64,000 bases of DNA, taken from assembly GCA_045221575.1 (NCBI GenBank), contig JBGUWU010000005.1:5433-69432 (forward strand), in the 5' to 3' direction. Every line of letters begins with the position of its first letter. Positions within the stretch are counted from its first letter, which is position 1. Under the pieces are notes generated by a model that was given only the letters and a program-made list of their open reading frames with translations, was not told the DNA's origin and ran no database searches. Source of the DNA: Bacteroidales bacterium (GTDB taxonomy: Bacteria; Bacteroidota; Bacteroidia; Bacteroidales; P3). Below, piece by piece: positions 54,614 through 64,000 of the stretch. The translations under genes were made by a program, and so were the position numbers.

Positions 54614-55552
54614 TTACCAAATTATTCTTGTACCACAATCTTTATTACCAAGTTGTCCAGCTTCTGTGATGATACATTCTTTACCGCCATTTTTTACATA
54701 GTAAAGAGCTGCTCTTATCTTTGGAGCCATAGAACCTTCTCCAAATTGACCTTGTTCTAAATATTCTTCTGCTTGTTTAACAGTTATTGTGTCTAAGGCC
54801 ATTTCTCCAGGTTTATTATAATTGATGTATACCTTTGGAACATCTGTTAAGATATAAAATTCATCTGCTCCTATCTCTACAGCAGTTAGAGCAGAAGCAA
54901 GGTCTTTGTCTATTACGGCTTCAACACCGCTTATTTTTCCATCTTTATCTATAACAGGAATACCACCACCACCAGCAGTAACAACAACATAACCTTCACA
55001 AGCAAGTTGTTTGGTTAGTTCTACGTTTTCTATTTTTATTGGAGCAGGAGAAGCAACAACTTTTCTCCAACCACCACGTTTAACATCTTCTTTAAATGTT
55101 GCACCAGTAGTTTTTATGTATTCGTCTTTTTGTTCTACAGTATAATAAGGTCCAACAGGTTTAGTAGGGTTTTTAAAACCATTATCGTCTTTATCAACCA
55201 TAACTTGAGTAAGCAAAACAACAACCTCTTTTTGTATGTTTTCTTTTCTCATAACGTTTCTAAGACTTTGATCAATAAGGTATCCTATAGAACCTTGTGT
55301 TTGAGCTCCGCAATAATCCATAGGCATGCTTTCTACATTGAATTGTTTTTTGCCAGCTTCATTTTGCAAAAGAATATTTCCTACTTGAGGACCATTGCCA
55401 TGAGCAATAACTATATTATAATCTTGTTTCAAAAGGTTTGTTATAGCATCACAAGTAGTCATAACATTTTTTATCTGTTCTGCATAAGTACCTTTTTCTT
55501 TACTTCTTATAAGAGCGTTACCACCGAGAGCAACTACTGCTAACTTTTTCAT
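54614..55552 (-). CDS. arcC: carbamate kinase
   Basis: 312 aa. VVALGGNAL, IAHGNGPQVG, TAGGGGIPV. Confidence 0.9.
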   Translation of the reverse strand: MKKLAVVALGGNALIRSKEKGTYAEQIKNVMTTCDAITNLLKQDYNIVIAHGNGPQVGNILLQNEAGKKQFNVESMPMDYCGAQTQGSIGYLIDQSLRNVMRKENIQKEVVVLLTQVMVDKDDNGFKNPTKPVGPYYTVEQKDEYIKTTGATFKEDVKRGGWRKVVASPAPIKIENVELTKQLACEGYVVVTAGGGGIPVIDKDGKISGVEAVIDKDLASALTAVEIGADEFYILTDVPKVYINYNKPGEMALDTITVKQAEEYLEQGQFGEGSMAPKIRAALYYVKNGGKECIITEAGQLGNKDCGTRIIW

Positions 55553-55590
55553 ATCTTGCTATTAATATAATTCGATTTAAAAATAAGCGG

Positions 55591-55598
55591 CAAAAATA
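55591..55598 (-). promoter_or_regulatory. Bacteroidota -7 promoter box (TAnnTTTG)
   Basis: Plus-strand caaaaata = TATTTTTG on the minus strand, 39 nt upstream of the arcC ATG (55552). Confidence 0.55.
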
Positions 55599-55632
55599 CA
55601 AAAAAAATATATACTTACAAGTTTTGAGTACA

Positions 55633-55648
55633 AAAATCAACTCTTTTT
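55633..55648. repeat. third locus carrying the exact 16-mer AAAATCAACTCTTTTT
   Basis: Identical to 44752-44767. Lies in the 400-nt region between arcC and the giant ORF. Confidence 0.8.
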
Positions 55649-55913
55649 CATAAGAATAACAAATTTTACCACAGATAAATACTTGTTTTTATTTTTGAAT
55701 ATATATCTAATTCGCATAAGAAAAGACTTCAATATTTTCTTATAACAATTTATTATTCAAATGTAGTGAAATGATTTTTGCATATCATAAATTAAGGTAA
55801 AACATAATTGTCAAAAACAAAACGAGGTGAAGAAAAACTAATCCCCACATAACTACACAGATAATAGGTTTGAATTTTATTTTAACCTTTTTTGCTATAT
55901 AAATAAATATGTG

Positions 55914-55921
55914 TAACTTTG
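55914..55921 (+). promoter_or_regulatory. Bacteroidota -7 promoter box (TAnnTTTG)
   Basis: taactttg, 34 nt upstream of ATG 55955 and 55 nt upstream of ATG 55976. Confidence 0.55.
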
Positions 55922-55954
55922 CAATTTAAAAATCTTAGAAAAAATAGAAAAATA

Positions 55955-58900
55955 ATGAATAAATTTTGTACACAAATGAAAAAAGTGTTTGTTCTCGTAC
56001 TAATAGCAATAGCTTTTTCTACTATTAGCGCTTGGGGACAGAATACAGCACCATTAACAGAAAGTTTTGAAAATGGAGTTCCGAATGATTGGACTGTTTT
56101 CGGAGTGACAGGAAATGATCCTGTAGAACTTTCTTCCGATTTTAGTAGAACAGGTGATTATTCCATGTATTTTGCTTATGATTGTGATAATGGAGGAGTA
56201 GAAGGATATTTAATTACTTCAAAACTATTTCCAACGGAAACCAATCATACGCTTTCTTTCTATGTATTGTCAGAATATCCCGAATATTCTGATGGAAATA
56301 CATTTACAGTGAAGATTTCTACACAAGGAAGTTCAATAGCAGATTTTACTACTACTCTACAAACAATAACTTTGACAGATGATTGGGTACAAAAAACAAT
56401 AGACTTATCTGCTTATGTTGGTCAAAATGTTTATATAGCATTTCACATGGTTGATGATTGTGGAGCAGGTGCTTATATTGATGACATTTCAGGTGTAGAT
56501 TATGTTCTTCCAGATTGTTCTACTCCTGTTATCTCTTTAGGAAATATAACTGAAAATAGTGCTTCTCTTTCTTGGGAAGGAGATGCAGACTCATACACAG
56601 TAAAATATGGTAAATATGGTAGTAATGAATCGACATGGCAAGAGCAAACAGTTTCTATTAACACTATTACTTTGTCAGGTCTTGAACATTCTACACTATA
56701 TGCTGTTAAAGTAATATCAAACTGTGAATCTGAACAAGAATTATCAGAAACAATAACATTCCGTACTTCATGTTCTACAATCACAAATTTCCCTTACACA
56801 GAAAATTTTGAAACAATGACAACTTCCGACGACTTTGGTTGTTGGACAGATGAAGTTGTTAGTGGCGCTTCTCATTGGGAAATAAAAGAATCTTCTTTAA
56901 GTGGAAAGGCTGCTTTCAGAACTTGGACTGCAGGAGCAAATAATAGACTCGTTTCTCCTGTATTTAATACTTTAAGTTTAACTAATCCACACCTTTCTTA
57001 CAATTGGGAAGTTCATAAAGACAACAATTTGTTAGACTCTATGTATGTTTATTATAGAACATCTGCTGAGGGAGATTGGAATTTACTTGTAGCACATGGA
57101 CCAAATTCAGAAGGTAGCACAGGTTATAATGCAACACAATTCAATGATATTACCTTACCTACAGATGCAATAAGTTCAACATTGCAAGTATCTTTCCTTG
57201 CAGTAGGTCATGGTGGTTATGGAATAGTTATAGATAATATAAGCATAGTCAACGTTGATTGCAATGCTCCTGCTAATGTTACTATAAATAATCCTGCTGG
57301 ACATAGTGCAATTATTGCATGGGAAGGAGATGCTGATGTTTTAGAATATAAGACTGTTGGAACAGATACTTGGACAACAGATGCAAACTTTTCTATGGTT
57401 TCACCTTATACTCTTTCAGGTCTTACACCAGAAACAAATTATCTTATCAGAGTAGGTAAAATATGTAATTCCAATAGCATATCATATTATCCGCAAGTTT
57501 CATTTACTACAGATATCGCTTGTCCTACTCCTGTTATTAGTTTATCAAATCTTACTTCTCAGTCAGCAACAATCTCTTGGACAGGAGACGCAACAAGCTA
57601 CAATTTAAAATACAAACAAGCAAATACAACAGAATACATTACAGAGACTGTTGTATCAGGAAATACTTATTCTTTCACAGATTTAACACCAACAACATCT
57701 TATTCAGTAGAACTACAAGCAAATTGTGGTGATGATGGTAATTCTCAAACAACAACATTTATTTTCTCAACAATGCAAATTTCTGAAACTTTACCTTATT
57801 ATACAGATTTTGCAGAGAATTCAGATCGTGCTTGGTTATTCAACAATTATACAAGTCAAAACTATTGGACAATAGGTTCTCTTGGAGAAGATACCTATGC
57901 AATGTTTATAACCAACGATGGAACAACTTCAGCTTATACTATTTCTAATGCACCAACAAGAGTTTCAGCAGAGAAAACATTCAATGGAGTTCCTTCAGAA
58001 CAAATACATGTAGAGTTTGATGTTAATATTGGTGGTGAAACCAACTGGGATTATTTGAAAGTATTTTTAACTCCTGCTACATGGTCATTCCCTGCATCAG
58101 CAACTGAGAATGAATATTCTACTGTTCTGTATGATATAAATGCTATGGACTTTTCTGATTATCTTTCTCAAACAGATGCTTCTTCTTATCCATTTAAACT
58201 AAACCTTACACGAGGAAATATATTACATATTTCAAAAGATATGACTAACCCAAGCCCTAATGAAGCAATTAAACTTACTTTTGTATGGAGAAATGACCAA
58301 AGCACAGGATCACAACCTGCAGCAGAAATATACAATGTTAGTGTAGTACCTGTTCTTTGTCCAACTCCTTCAGATACTGCCTTTGCTATTAATAATATTG
58401 TTGGACATTCTGCAAAAGTTGTAGTATCACCAACAGACCGTGAATATATTGCATCTTACAAACCAGAAAATTCTACTGAAGATACTTGGACAACAATAAC
58501 GTTTAATAACGACGAAGCTATCATCGCAAATCTTTCTCCAGAAACAAGTTATATTGTAAGATTTGCTTATGATTGTGGAACATCAATTTCTGCATATAAA
58601 ACAAAAACATTTACTACTACTGTTTCTTGTCCTGCTCCTGAAATAGAGGCTTCAAATATTACAGCAACTGAAGCGACTCTTACTTGGAGTGGTGAGGCAG
58701 AATCTTATACCCTATCTTACGGTATTTATAATACAGCCCAATCAACTTGGGCAACAACAAATACAACAGAAAATACTCTTGTTCTACAAAATCTTAACCC
58801 ATCTTCAACATACGGAGTAAATATTGTTGCTAACTGTGGAACAGAGAATTCACAAGCAAGAACAACTATTTTCCGCACATCATGTGAAACAATAGTATTA

Positions 58901-61900
58901 AATAATCAAACTCCATTCAACGAAGATTTTGAAACTTATACTTCTTCTGATTTTGGTTGTTGGACAGATGAGGTTGTTTCAGGAGAGTCAAATTGGGTGA
59001 TACAAACTTCATCAATAAGTGGTAAGGTAGCATATAGAAATTATAGTAATGGAGCAAAAAACAGACTTGTTTCTCCTGTTTTTGATATTACTGCCCTTAC
59101 AGTACCATATCTTTCTTATAATTGGGAAGTACATAAAGATAACTCTCAATTGGACTCTATGTTTGTTTTCTATAGAACTTCGTTAAATGGAGAATGGACA
59201 TTGCTTATGACACATGCACCTAATGCAAATGGAATTACAGGCTACAATCCTACACAATTCACCAGCATAGAATTACCAACAGAAGCAATAAGTTCTACAT
59301 TCCAAATATCATTCTTGGCAGTAGGTCATGGTGGTTGGGGTATGTGTATAGATAATGTTTCTTTGCAAAACATTACTTGTCCTGCACCAACAGATGTTAC
59401 TTTGAGTAACATTTCAGCAACTTCAGCAAATGTTTCTTGGCAGAATGAGGCAGAAAACTTTATCGTAGCTTATAAAACAGCAGAAGAAAATGCTGAATGG
59501 ACAGAAATTACAAATATAACAGATTATACATATACAATTGCAGATCTTATTTCTCAAACTTCATACATAGTAAAAGTTGGTGCTGTTTGTGACAATGAAG
59601 TTTCTTGGTCAGTAGAAAAAACTTTTGCTACAGTTCAAGCTCCTGTTGATTTACCTTATTCAACAAACTTCTCTGGAGAAGGAGAGGCAGGAGATGTAAA
59701 TTGGGTTATGTACAATGCTACAGGCTCAAATCATTGGACAATAGGATCTCTTGAAGCAGATGAAAATGAGCAAACAGAATATGGAATGTTTGTTACTTAC
59801 AATGGTACAACTTCTAATTATAACATTTCTTCTTCATCTGTTGCAGGAACAGAAAAAGTATTCAATGCAACATCTGCAGGTCAAATACATGTAGAGTTTG
59901 ATGTTGAAGTAGGAGGAGAAAGTTCAAGTACTGATGGATATTGCTACGACTATATGAAGGTATTTCTTTCACCAGCTACATGGTCATTTACAGATGTTCA
60001 AAATGCTTATGATTACAACTATTCTACATACGCATTAGATTTTTCAGACTATGCTTCTCTAAGTAATCATACTCATGCTATTCAAAGTCCATACAAGTTT
60101 AATCAAACTGATGGCTTTGTACATATTTCCAAGGATATGACAAATCCTAATCCAGAAGGACCGGTTAAACTTACTTTCCTTTGGAGAAATGATAATACAG
60201 CTGGTAGTCAACCTGCAGCAAAGATTAAAAACCTTGTTGTTTATATGGTATCATGTGCTGCTCCTATAGTTACTCTTACAGAGGTTACACCAGAGACTGC
60301 AACTATTAACGTAACTCCAGCAGATGCAACATACGATGCACAATACAAACCTACATCATCTACTGATGAGTCTTCATGGCTTCCATTGACATTAAATGCA
60401 GATGGTTCTGTAACAATTACCAACCTTATTCCTGCAACATCATACGATGTTAAAGTTGCAACAGTTTGTGATGAAGAAAATTCTATTTACACCAACCTTA
60501 CATTTACTACTTCTTGTACAGATATAACAGAAGCAATGCTTCCAAGAACATGGGATTTTGAAACTGCTAACGTAGGAGGTACATACGTATATCCATTGCC
60601 TGCTTGCTGGAACAGAATATTTACATCTTATTTAGATGAACTTCCTTATGTTTATACAACAAACACTTCTGCCCATAGTGGTAATAAAGTTTTATCTTTT
60701 GAAGGATATATAACAAGTTATGCTGTCCTTCCAGTATTAAGTGAAGATTTGGATATAAATACTCTTCAATTAACATTCCAAGCAATGCATAATAATGGTG
60801 ATTATGCAGACTTTTTGGAAATAGGAGTTATGACTTCTCCAACAGATACTAACACCTTTACTCTTGTTGCTACTACATCACCTTTGAGCCATTTAGCATA
60901 TCAAGTAATAGATGTTCCTTTCTCATCTTACGAAGGTACAGGAAGATATATTGCTATTCGTAATAAAAATAACGGTTATTCTTATTCTCAAGTTTATATT
61001 GATGATGTTACTTTAGATCTAATACCTATTTGTTCTCGTCCTGTAATAACAAGTACAGAAACAACAACATCAACTGCAACTCTTACTTGGACTTCTTCCG
61101 CTTCTACATTTGATATATATTACAAAATAGTTGGTTCTGATGAAGAATATACTCTTTGGACAGGTGATGCTCCAACGCAAGTAGAAGATGCAGAAGAAAC
61201 TTGGACAGTAACTTTAACAGGTTTACAACATTCTGAAGTATATGAATACTACATTTCAGCTATATGTTCAGCAGACAACACTCAGACAAGTAACACAGAA
61301 ACTTTTGTAATGCGATGTGAGGCAGTAACAGATTTACCATACACTCAAAACTTTGATTTAGTTAGTGAGGGTAACTTGCCTAACTGTTGGTCTAAACTAA
61401 TGGAGTATGATGGTTCTCCTGCAGTAGTATCAAATACTGCATATAATACTTACTCTAACAGTGGTTCAAATTCATTAAAGATGAATACTTATGCTTCTGA
61501 ACAATATGCAATACTTCCTGCTTTTGCCGCAGATCTAAATACATTGCAGTTAGCCTTTGCAACAAAGAGAGAAGGTGCTTACTCAGGTACATTATATATA
61601 GGTTATATGACAGACCCAGAAAATGCTTCAACATTTACTTCTGTTTATACTATCTCAGCATCAGACTTAGGTGATGAAAACTATCATAACTATGAAATAT
61701 CATTTGAAAATGTACAACTATCAGGAGAAGAAACTCCTTATATGGCATTCAAATATGTTTCAACTTATTCTTGGTTCTTCTTCATTGACGATGTTGAGGT
61801 CGGTCTTCTTCCAGAATGTTCTCGTCCTGTAATAACAAGTGTAGAACCAACATCTGAATCAGTAACTATTTCTTGGACATCAACAGGAACAAACTTTGAA

Positions 61901-64000
61901 GTTTATTATAAAGAGTCTTCTGCAACAGAGTATGGTACTCCTTTAACTTCTTATGAATCTTTAAGCGAAGATAATGCTTACACAATAACAATCAATAACC
62001 TTAACCCTGCAACAACTTATGACTATTATGTAAAGGTTACTTGTGGAGAAACTGTTCTTCAAAGTTTTGATGCTCATTTCTCTACAATACAACTTGTTGC
62101 AGATCTACCTTATTCAACAGATTTCTCTGGTGATGAACAAACAGGCGACACAGATTGGTTATTTGTTACAGGTTCAAATCAAAACTATTGGACAATAGGT
62201 TCTCTTGATTCTGAAACTTATGGATTGTTTGTAACCAATAATGGCACATCATCAGGTTATGATGTAACTTCTGCTTCAACTGTTGGTGCAGAAAAAACAT
62301 TCAATGTAGGTTCTGAAGGTGAGATTCATATTGAGTTTGATGTTAATGTAGGTGGTGAAGGTTCTGCTTACTCAGCATACGACTATATGAAAGTATTCCT
62401 TTCTCCTGCTACATGGTCATTTACAGAAAGCAACAACTACTATTCAGAAACTTATTCTACCTATGCAATGGACTTCTCAGACTTTTTACCTCAAACATTA
62501 TCTTCTTCTCATCCATATAAGTTTAACTTAACTAATGGCAATACAGTTCATATCTCTACAAACATGACAAATCCAGCACCAAATGAAACTATTAAACTTA
62601 CATTCCTTTGGAGAAATGATAATACTGGTGGAACACAACCTGCTGTAGAGATAACTAATTTCTCTATATCAGCAGTAGAATGTTCAGCTCCAGCAGACTT
62701 TGTTGTCAATGTTACTTCTAATTCTGCATCAGCAGATTTACTTGAAGGTAACGAATATGTAGCAGACTATAAACTATCAAGTGAAGGTGATGATGCTTGG
62801 CAACCTGCAACAGTGGTAGGACAAAATATAACAATTACAGACCTTGAGCCTGCAACATCATACGATTTAAGAGTTGCTCTTATCTGTGGAGATATTTATT
62901 CACCATATAGAACACAAACATTCGTTACTCTTTGTGATGCTGTTATAGAATTCCCTTACTTAGTGGGCTTTGATGATCAAGCACAACTTACTTGTTGGTC
63001 AAAAGAGATAGCTTCAGGTACTAACGATTGGCAAACAACAACTATCAGTGGCAATAGTGTTGCCTACTCTACATATAGTGTAGGAAGAAGAAGACTTATC
63101 TCTCCTTTGATGAATATTACTTCTTTGAGTAATCCTTACTTATCATACGATTATGAGATAAGATCAGATGCTCCAACACAAAGAGACTCTATGTACGTAT
63201 ATTATAGAACAAACGTAGATGAAGAATGGACCCTTCTTGCACAATATGGACCAAATGGTACAGGTTCTTTCTCTGGCACTGAATTATCTCAACACGATTC
63301 TGTTGCTTTACCTGATGCTACCACAACATATCAAGTTATGTTTGAAGGTGTTGGTAACTATGGTTGGGGACAATATCTTGATAATGTACAGGTTTATACA
63401 GCAATAGAGACTACTGATCCAACAATAACAACTCTTGCAGCAACCGATATTACTGAAAATTCTGCAGTTCTTAATGGAGAAATTACAGATGAGGGTAACC
63501 AAACAATCAATTCTTATGGATTTGAATGGAGATTATCTTCAGAAACAAACTATACTGTTCTTCTATTAACAGGAGCAACAGAATTTACAACAACTCTTAC
63601 AGACCTAACACCTAATACTTCTTATACTTATCGTGCATTTGCTCTTACTTCTAATGGTATTCACCGAGGAGAAGATGTTACTTTCACTACGTTAGTTCCT
63701 TGTACTCCTGTTGAGATGACTATCACAGAAACAGTTTGCTACGGTGAAACATATACATTCAACGGACAAACTTATAATACAACAGGAACATACTCTACAG
63801 TAGCTACTGGACAAAATGGAGATTGTGACACTAACTACACAATCAACTTAACTGTTCTTCCACAAAATACAGCAAGTGAGACAATCACAGTATGTGCTGG
63901 AGAGACAGCAACATTCAATGGACAAACACTTGTAGAGGGAGTAAATACAATAACAGTAGCTGGACAAGGTACAGATTGTGATACTCTTTATACAGTAACA
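55955..64000 (+). CDS. giant secreted modular surface protein, 5' 2682 codons (runs off the right edge)
   Basis: Absent from the ORF track because no stop lies within the window. I translated the frame by hand from 55955 to 64000 without meeting a stop. The signal peptide MKKVFVLVLIAIAFSTISAWGQ starts at the second ATG, 55976. Content: about 11 FN3-like ~85-aa modules alternating with three classes of ~165-200-aa jelly-roll-like modules, then Cys-rich CxGExY...CD repeats from ~63700. Confidence 0.9.
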   Translation, partial: MNKFCTQMKKVFVLVLIAIAFSTISAWGQNTAPLTESFENGVPNDWTVFGVTGNDPVELSSDFSRTGDYSMYFAYDCDNGGVEGYLITSKLFPTETNHTLSFYVLSEYPEYSDGNTFTVKISTQGSSIADFTTTLQTITLTDDWVQKTIDLSAYVGQNVYIAFHMVDDCGAGAYIDDISGVDYVLPDCSTPVISLGNITENSASLSWEGDADSYTVKYGKYGSNESTWQEQTVSINTITLSGLEHSTLYAVKVISNCESEQELSETITFRTSCSTITNFPYTENFETMTTSDDFGCWTDEVVSGASHWEIKESSLSGKAAFRTWTAGANNRLVSPVFNTLSLTNPHLSYNWEVHKDNNLLDSMYVYYRTSAEGDWNLLVAHGPNSEGSTGYNATQFNDITLPTDAISSTLQVSFLAVGHGGYGIVIDNISIVNVDCNAPANVTINNPAGHSAIIAWEGDADVLEYKTVGTDTWTTDANFSMVSPYTLSGLTPETNYLIRVGKICNSNSISYYPQVSFTTDIACPTPVISLSNLTSQSATISWTGDATSYNLKYKQANTTEYITETVVSGNTYSFTDLTPTTSYSVELQANCGDDGNSQTTTFIFSTMQISETLPYYTDFAENSDRAWLFNNYTSQNYWTIGSLGEDTYAMFITNDGTTSAYTISNAPTRVSAEKTFNGVPSEQIHVEFDVNIGGETNWDYLKVFLTPATWSFPASATENEYSTVLYDINAMDFSDYLSQTDASSYPFKLNLTRGNILHISKDMTNPSPNEAIKLTFVWRNDQSTGSQPAAEIYNVSVVPVLCPTPSDTAFAINNIVGHSAKVVVSPTDREYIASYKPENSTEDTWTTITFNNDEAIIANLSPETSYIVRFAYDCGTSISAYKTKTFTTTVSCPAPEIEASNITATEATLTWSGEAESYTLSYGIYNTAQSTWATTNTTENTLVLQNLNPSSTYGVNIVANCGTENSQARTTIFRTSCETIVLNNQTPFNEDFETYTSSDFGCWTDEVVSGESNWVIQTSSISGKVAYRNYSNGAKNRLVSPVFDITALTVPYLSYNWEVHKDNSQLDSMFVFYRTSLNGEWTLLMTHAPNANGITGYNPTQFTSIELPTEAISSTFQISFLAVGHGGWGMCIDNVSLQNITCPAPTDVTLSNISATSANVSWQNEAENFIVAYKTAEENAEWTEITNITDYTYTIADLISQTSYIVKVGAVCDNEVSWSVEKTFATVQAPVDLPYSTNFSGEGEAGDVNWVMYNATGSNHWTIGSLEADENEQTEYGMFVTYNGTTSNYNISSSSVAGTEKVFNATSAGQIHVEFDVEVGGESSSTDGYCYDYMKVFLSPATWSFTDVQNAYDYNYSTYALDFSDYASLSNHTHAIQSPYKFNQTDGFVHISKDMTNPNPEGPVKLTFLWRNDNTAGSQPAAKIKNLVVYMVSCAAPIVTLTEVTPETATINVTPADATYDAQYKPTSSTDESSWLPLTLNADGSVTITNLIPATSYDVKVATVCDEENSIYTNLTFTTSCTDITEAMLPRTWDFETANVGGTYVYPLPACWNRIFTSYLDELPYVYTTNTSAHSGNKVLSFEGYITSYAVLPVLSEDLDINTLQLTFQAMHNNGDYADFLEIGVMTSPTDTNTFTLVATTSPLSHLAYQVIDVPFSSYEGTGRYIAIRNKNNGYSYSQVYIDDVTLDLIPICSRPVITSTETTTSTATLTWTSSASTFDIYYKIVGSDEEYTLWTGDAPTQVEDAEETWTVTLTGLQHSEVYEYYISAICSADNTQTSNTETFVMRCEAVTDLPYTQNFDLVSEGNLPNCWSKLMEYDGSPAVVSNTAYNTYSNSGSNSLKMNTYASEQYAILPAFAADLNTLQLAFATKREGAYSGTLYIGYMTDPENASTFTSVYTISASDLGDENYHNYEISFENVQLSGEETPYMAFKYVSTYSWFFFIDDVEVGLLPECSRPVITSVEPTSESVTISWTSTGTNFEVYYKESSATEYGTPLTSYESLSEDNAYTITINNLNPATTYDYYVKVTCGETVLQSFDAHFSTIQLVADLPYSTDFSGDEQTGDTDWLFVTGSNQNYWTIGSLDSETYGLFVTNNGTSSGYDVTSASTVGAEKTFNVGSEGEIHIEFDVNVGGEGSAYSAYDYMKVFLSPATWSFTESNNYYSETYSTYAMDFSDFLPQTLSSSHPYKFNLTNGNTVHISTNMTNPAPNETIKLTFLWRNDNTGGTQPAVEITNFSISAVECSAPADFVVNVTSNSASADLLEGNEYVADYKLSSEGDDAWQPATVVGQNITITDLEPATSYDLRVALICGDIYSPYRTQTFVTLCDAVIEFPYLVGFDDQAQLTCWSKEIASGTNDWQTTTISGNSVAYSTYSVGRRRLISPLMNITSLSNPYLSYDYEIRSDAPTQRDSMYVYYRTNVDEEWTLLAQYGPNGTGSFSGTELSQHDSVALPDATTTYQVMFEGVGNYGWGQYLDNVQVYTAIETTDPTITTLAATDITENSAVLNGEITDEGNQTINSYGFEWRLSSETNYTVLLLTGATEFTTTLTDLTPNTSYTYRAFALTSNGIHRGEDVTFTTLVPCTPVEMTITETVCYGETYTFNGQTYNTTGTYSTVATGQNGDCDTNYTINLTVLPQNTASETITVCAGETATFNGQTLVEGVNTITVAGQGTDCDTLYTVT

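Noticed and set aside
56500-63502. Four short ORFs (56500-56784 -, 60241-60423 -, 63219-63407 +, 63308-63502 -), the only track entries in the last 8 kb.
   Set aside because: All overlap the continuous giant + strand frame that starts at 55955, and they have no independent support.

Overview
Low-GC (about one third G+C by eye, not computed) chromosomal segment with Bacteroidota hallmarks: TAnnTTTG -7 promoter boxes in front of most transcription units, T9SS C-terminal sorting domains, and DUF4249/4294/4296-type lipoproteins. Pyrophosphate-type PFK, IorA, acetate kinase and carbamate kinase suggest an anaerobe. I support 53 protein-coding genes and one tRNA-His(GTG). Most are housekeeping: purN/purE, tsaC, dxr, frr, clpX, lpxD, lnt, mreCD, era, ychF, tig, ackA, arcC, hutI, sod. 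Two CDSs are cut by the window edges and are absent from the ORF track: the purN 5' end at 1-103, and a giant secreted modular protein of more than 2682 codons, open from 55955 to the right edge. The best candidate for an undescribed system is a markedly AT-rich three-gene cassette at 8.5-11.1 kb. It encodes an XRE-HTH multidomain protein, a CoiA-like Zn-ribbon/PD-(D/E)xK nuclease and a single-pass membrane protein, with its own promoter, twin palindromic operator-like sites and terminator. Other signals: (1) a heptanucleotide-repeat (AGAAATT) inverted-arm element family at three loci, one bracketing a four-helix-bundle (23S-IVS/Avd-like) ORF from stop to start codon; (2) an exact 16-mer, AAAATCAACTCTTTTT, recurring in three intergenic regions; (3) a 46-bp inverted-repeat pair bounding a 386-bp non-coding segment beside tRNA-His; (4) a T9SS-linked C25 peptidase locus; (5) an M6 metalloprotease with an internal 223-aa tandem duplication. 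All functional calls come from motifs read by eye. No database search was run.
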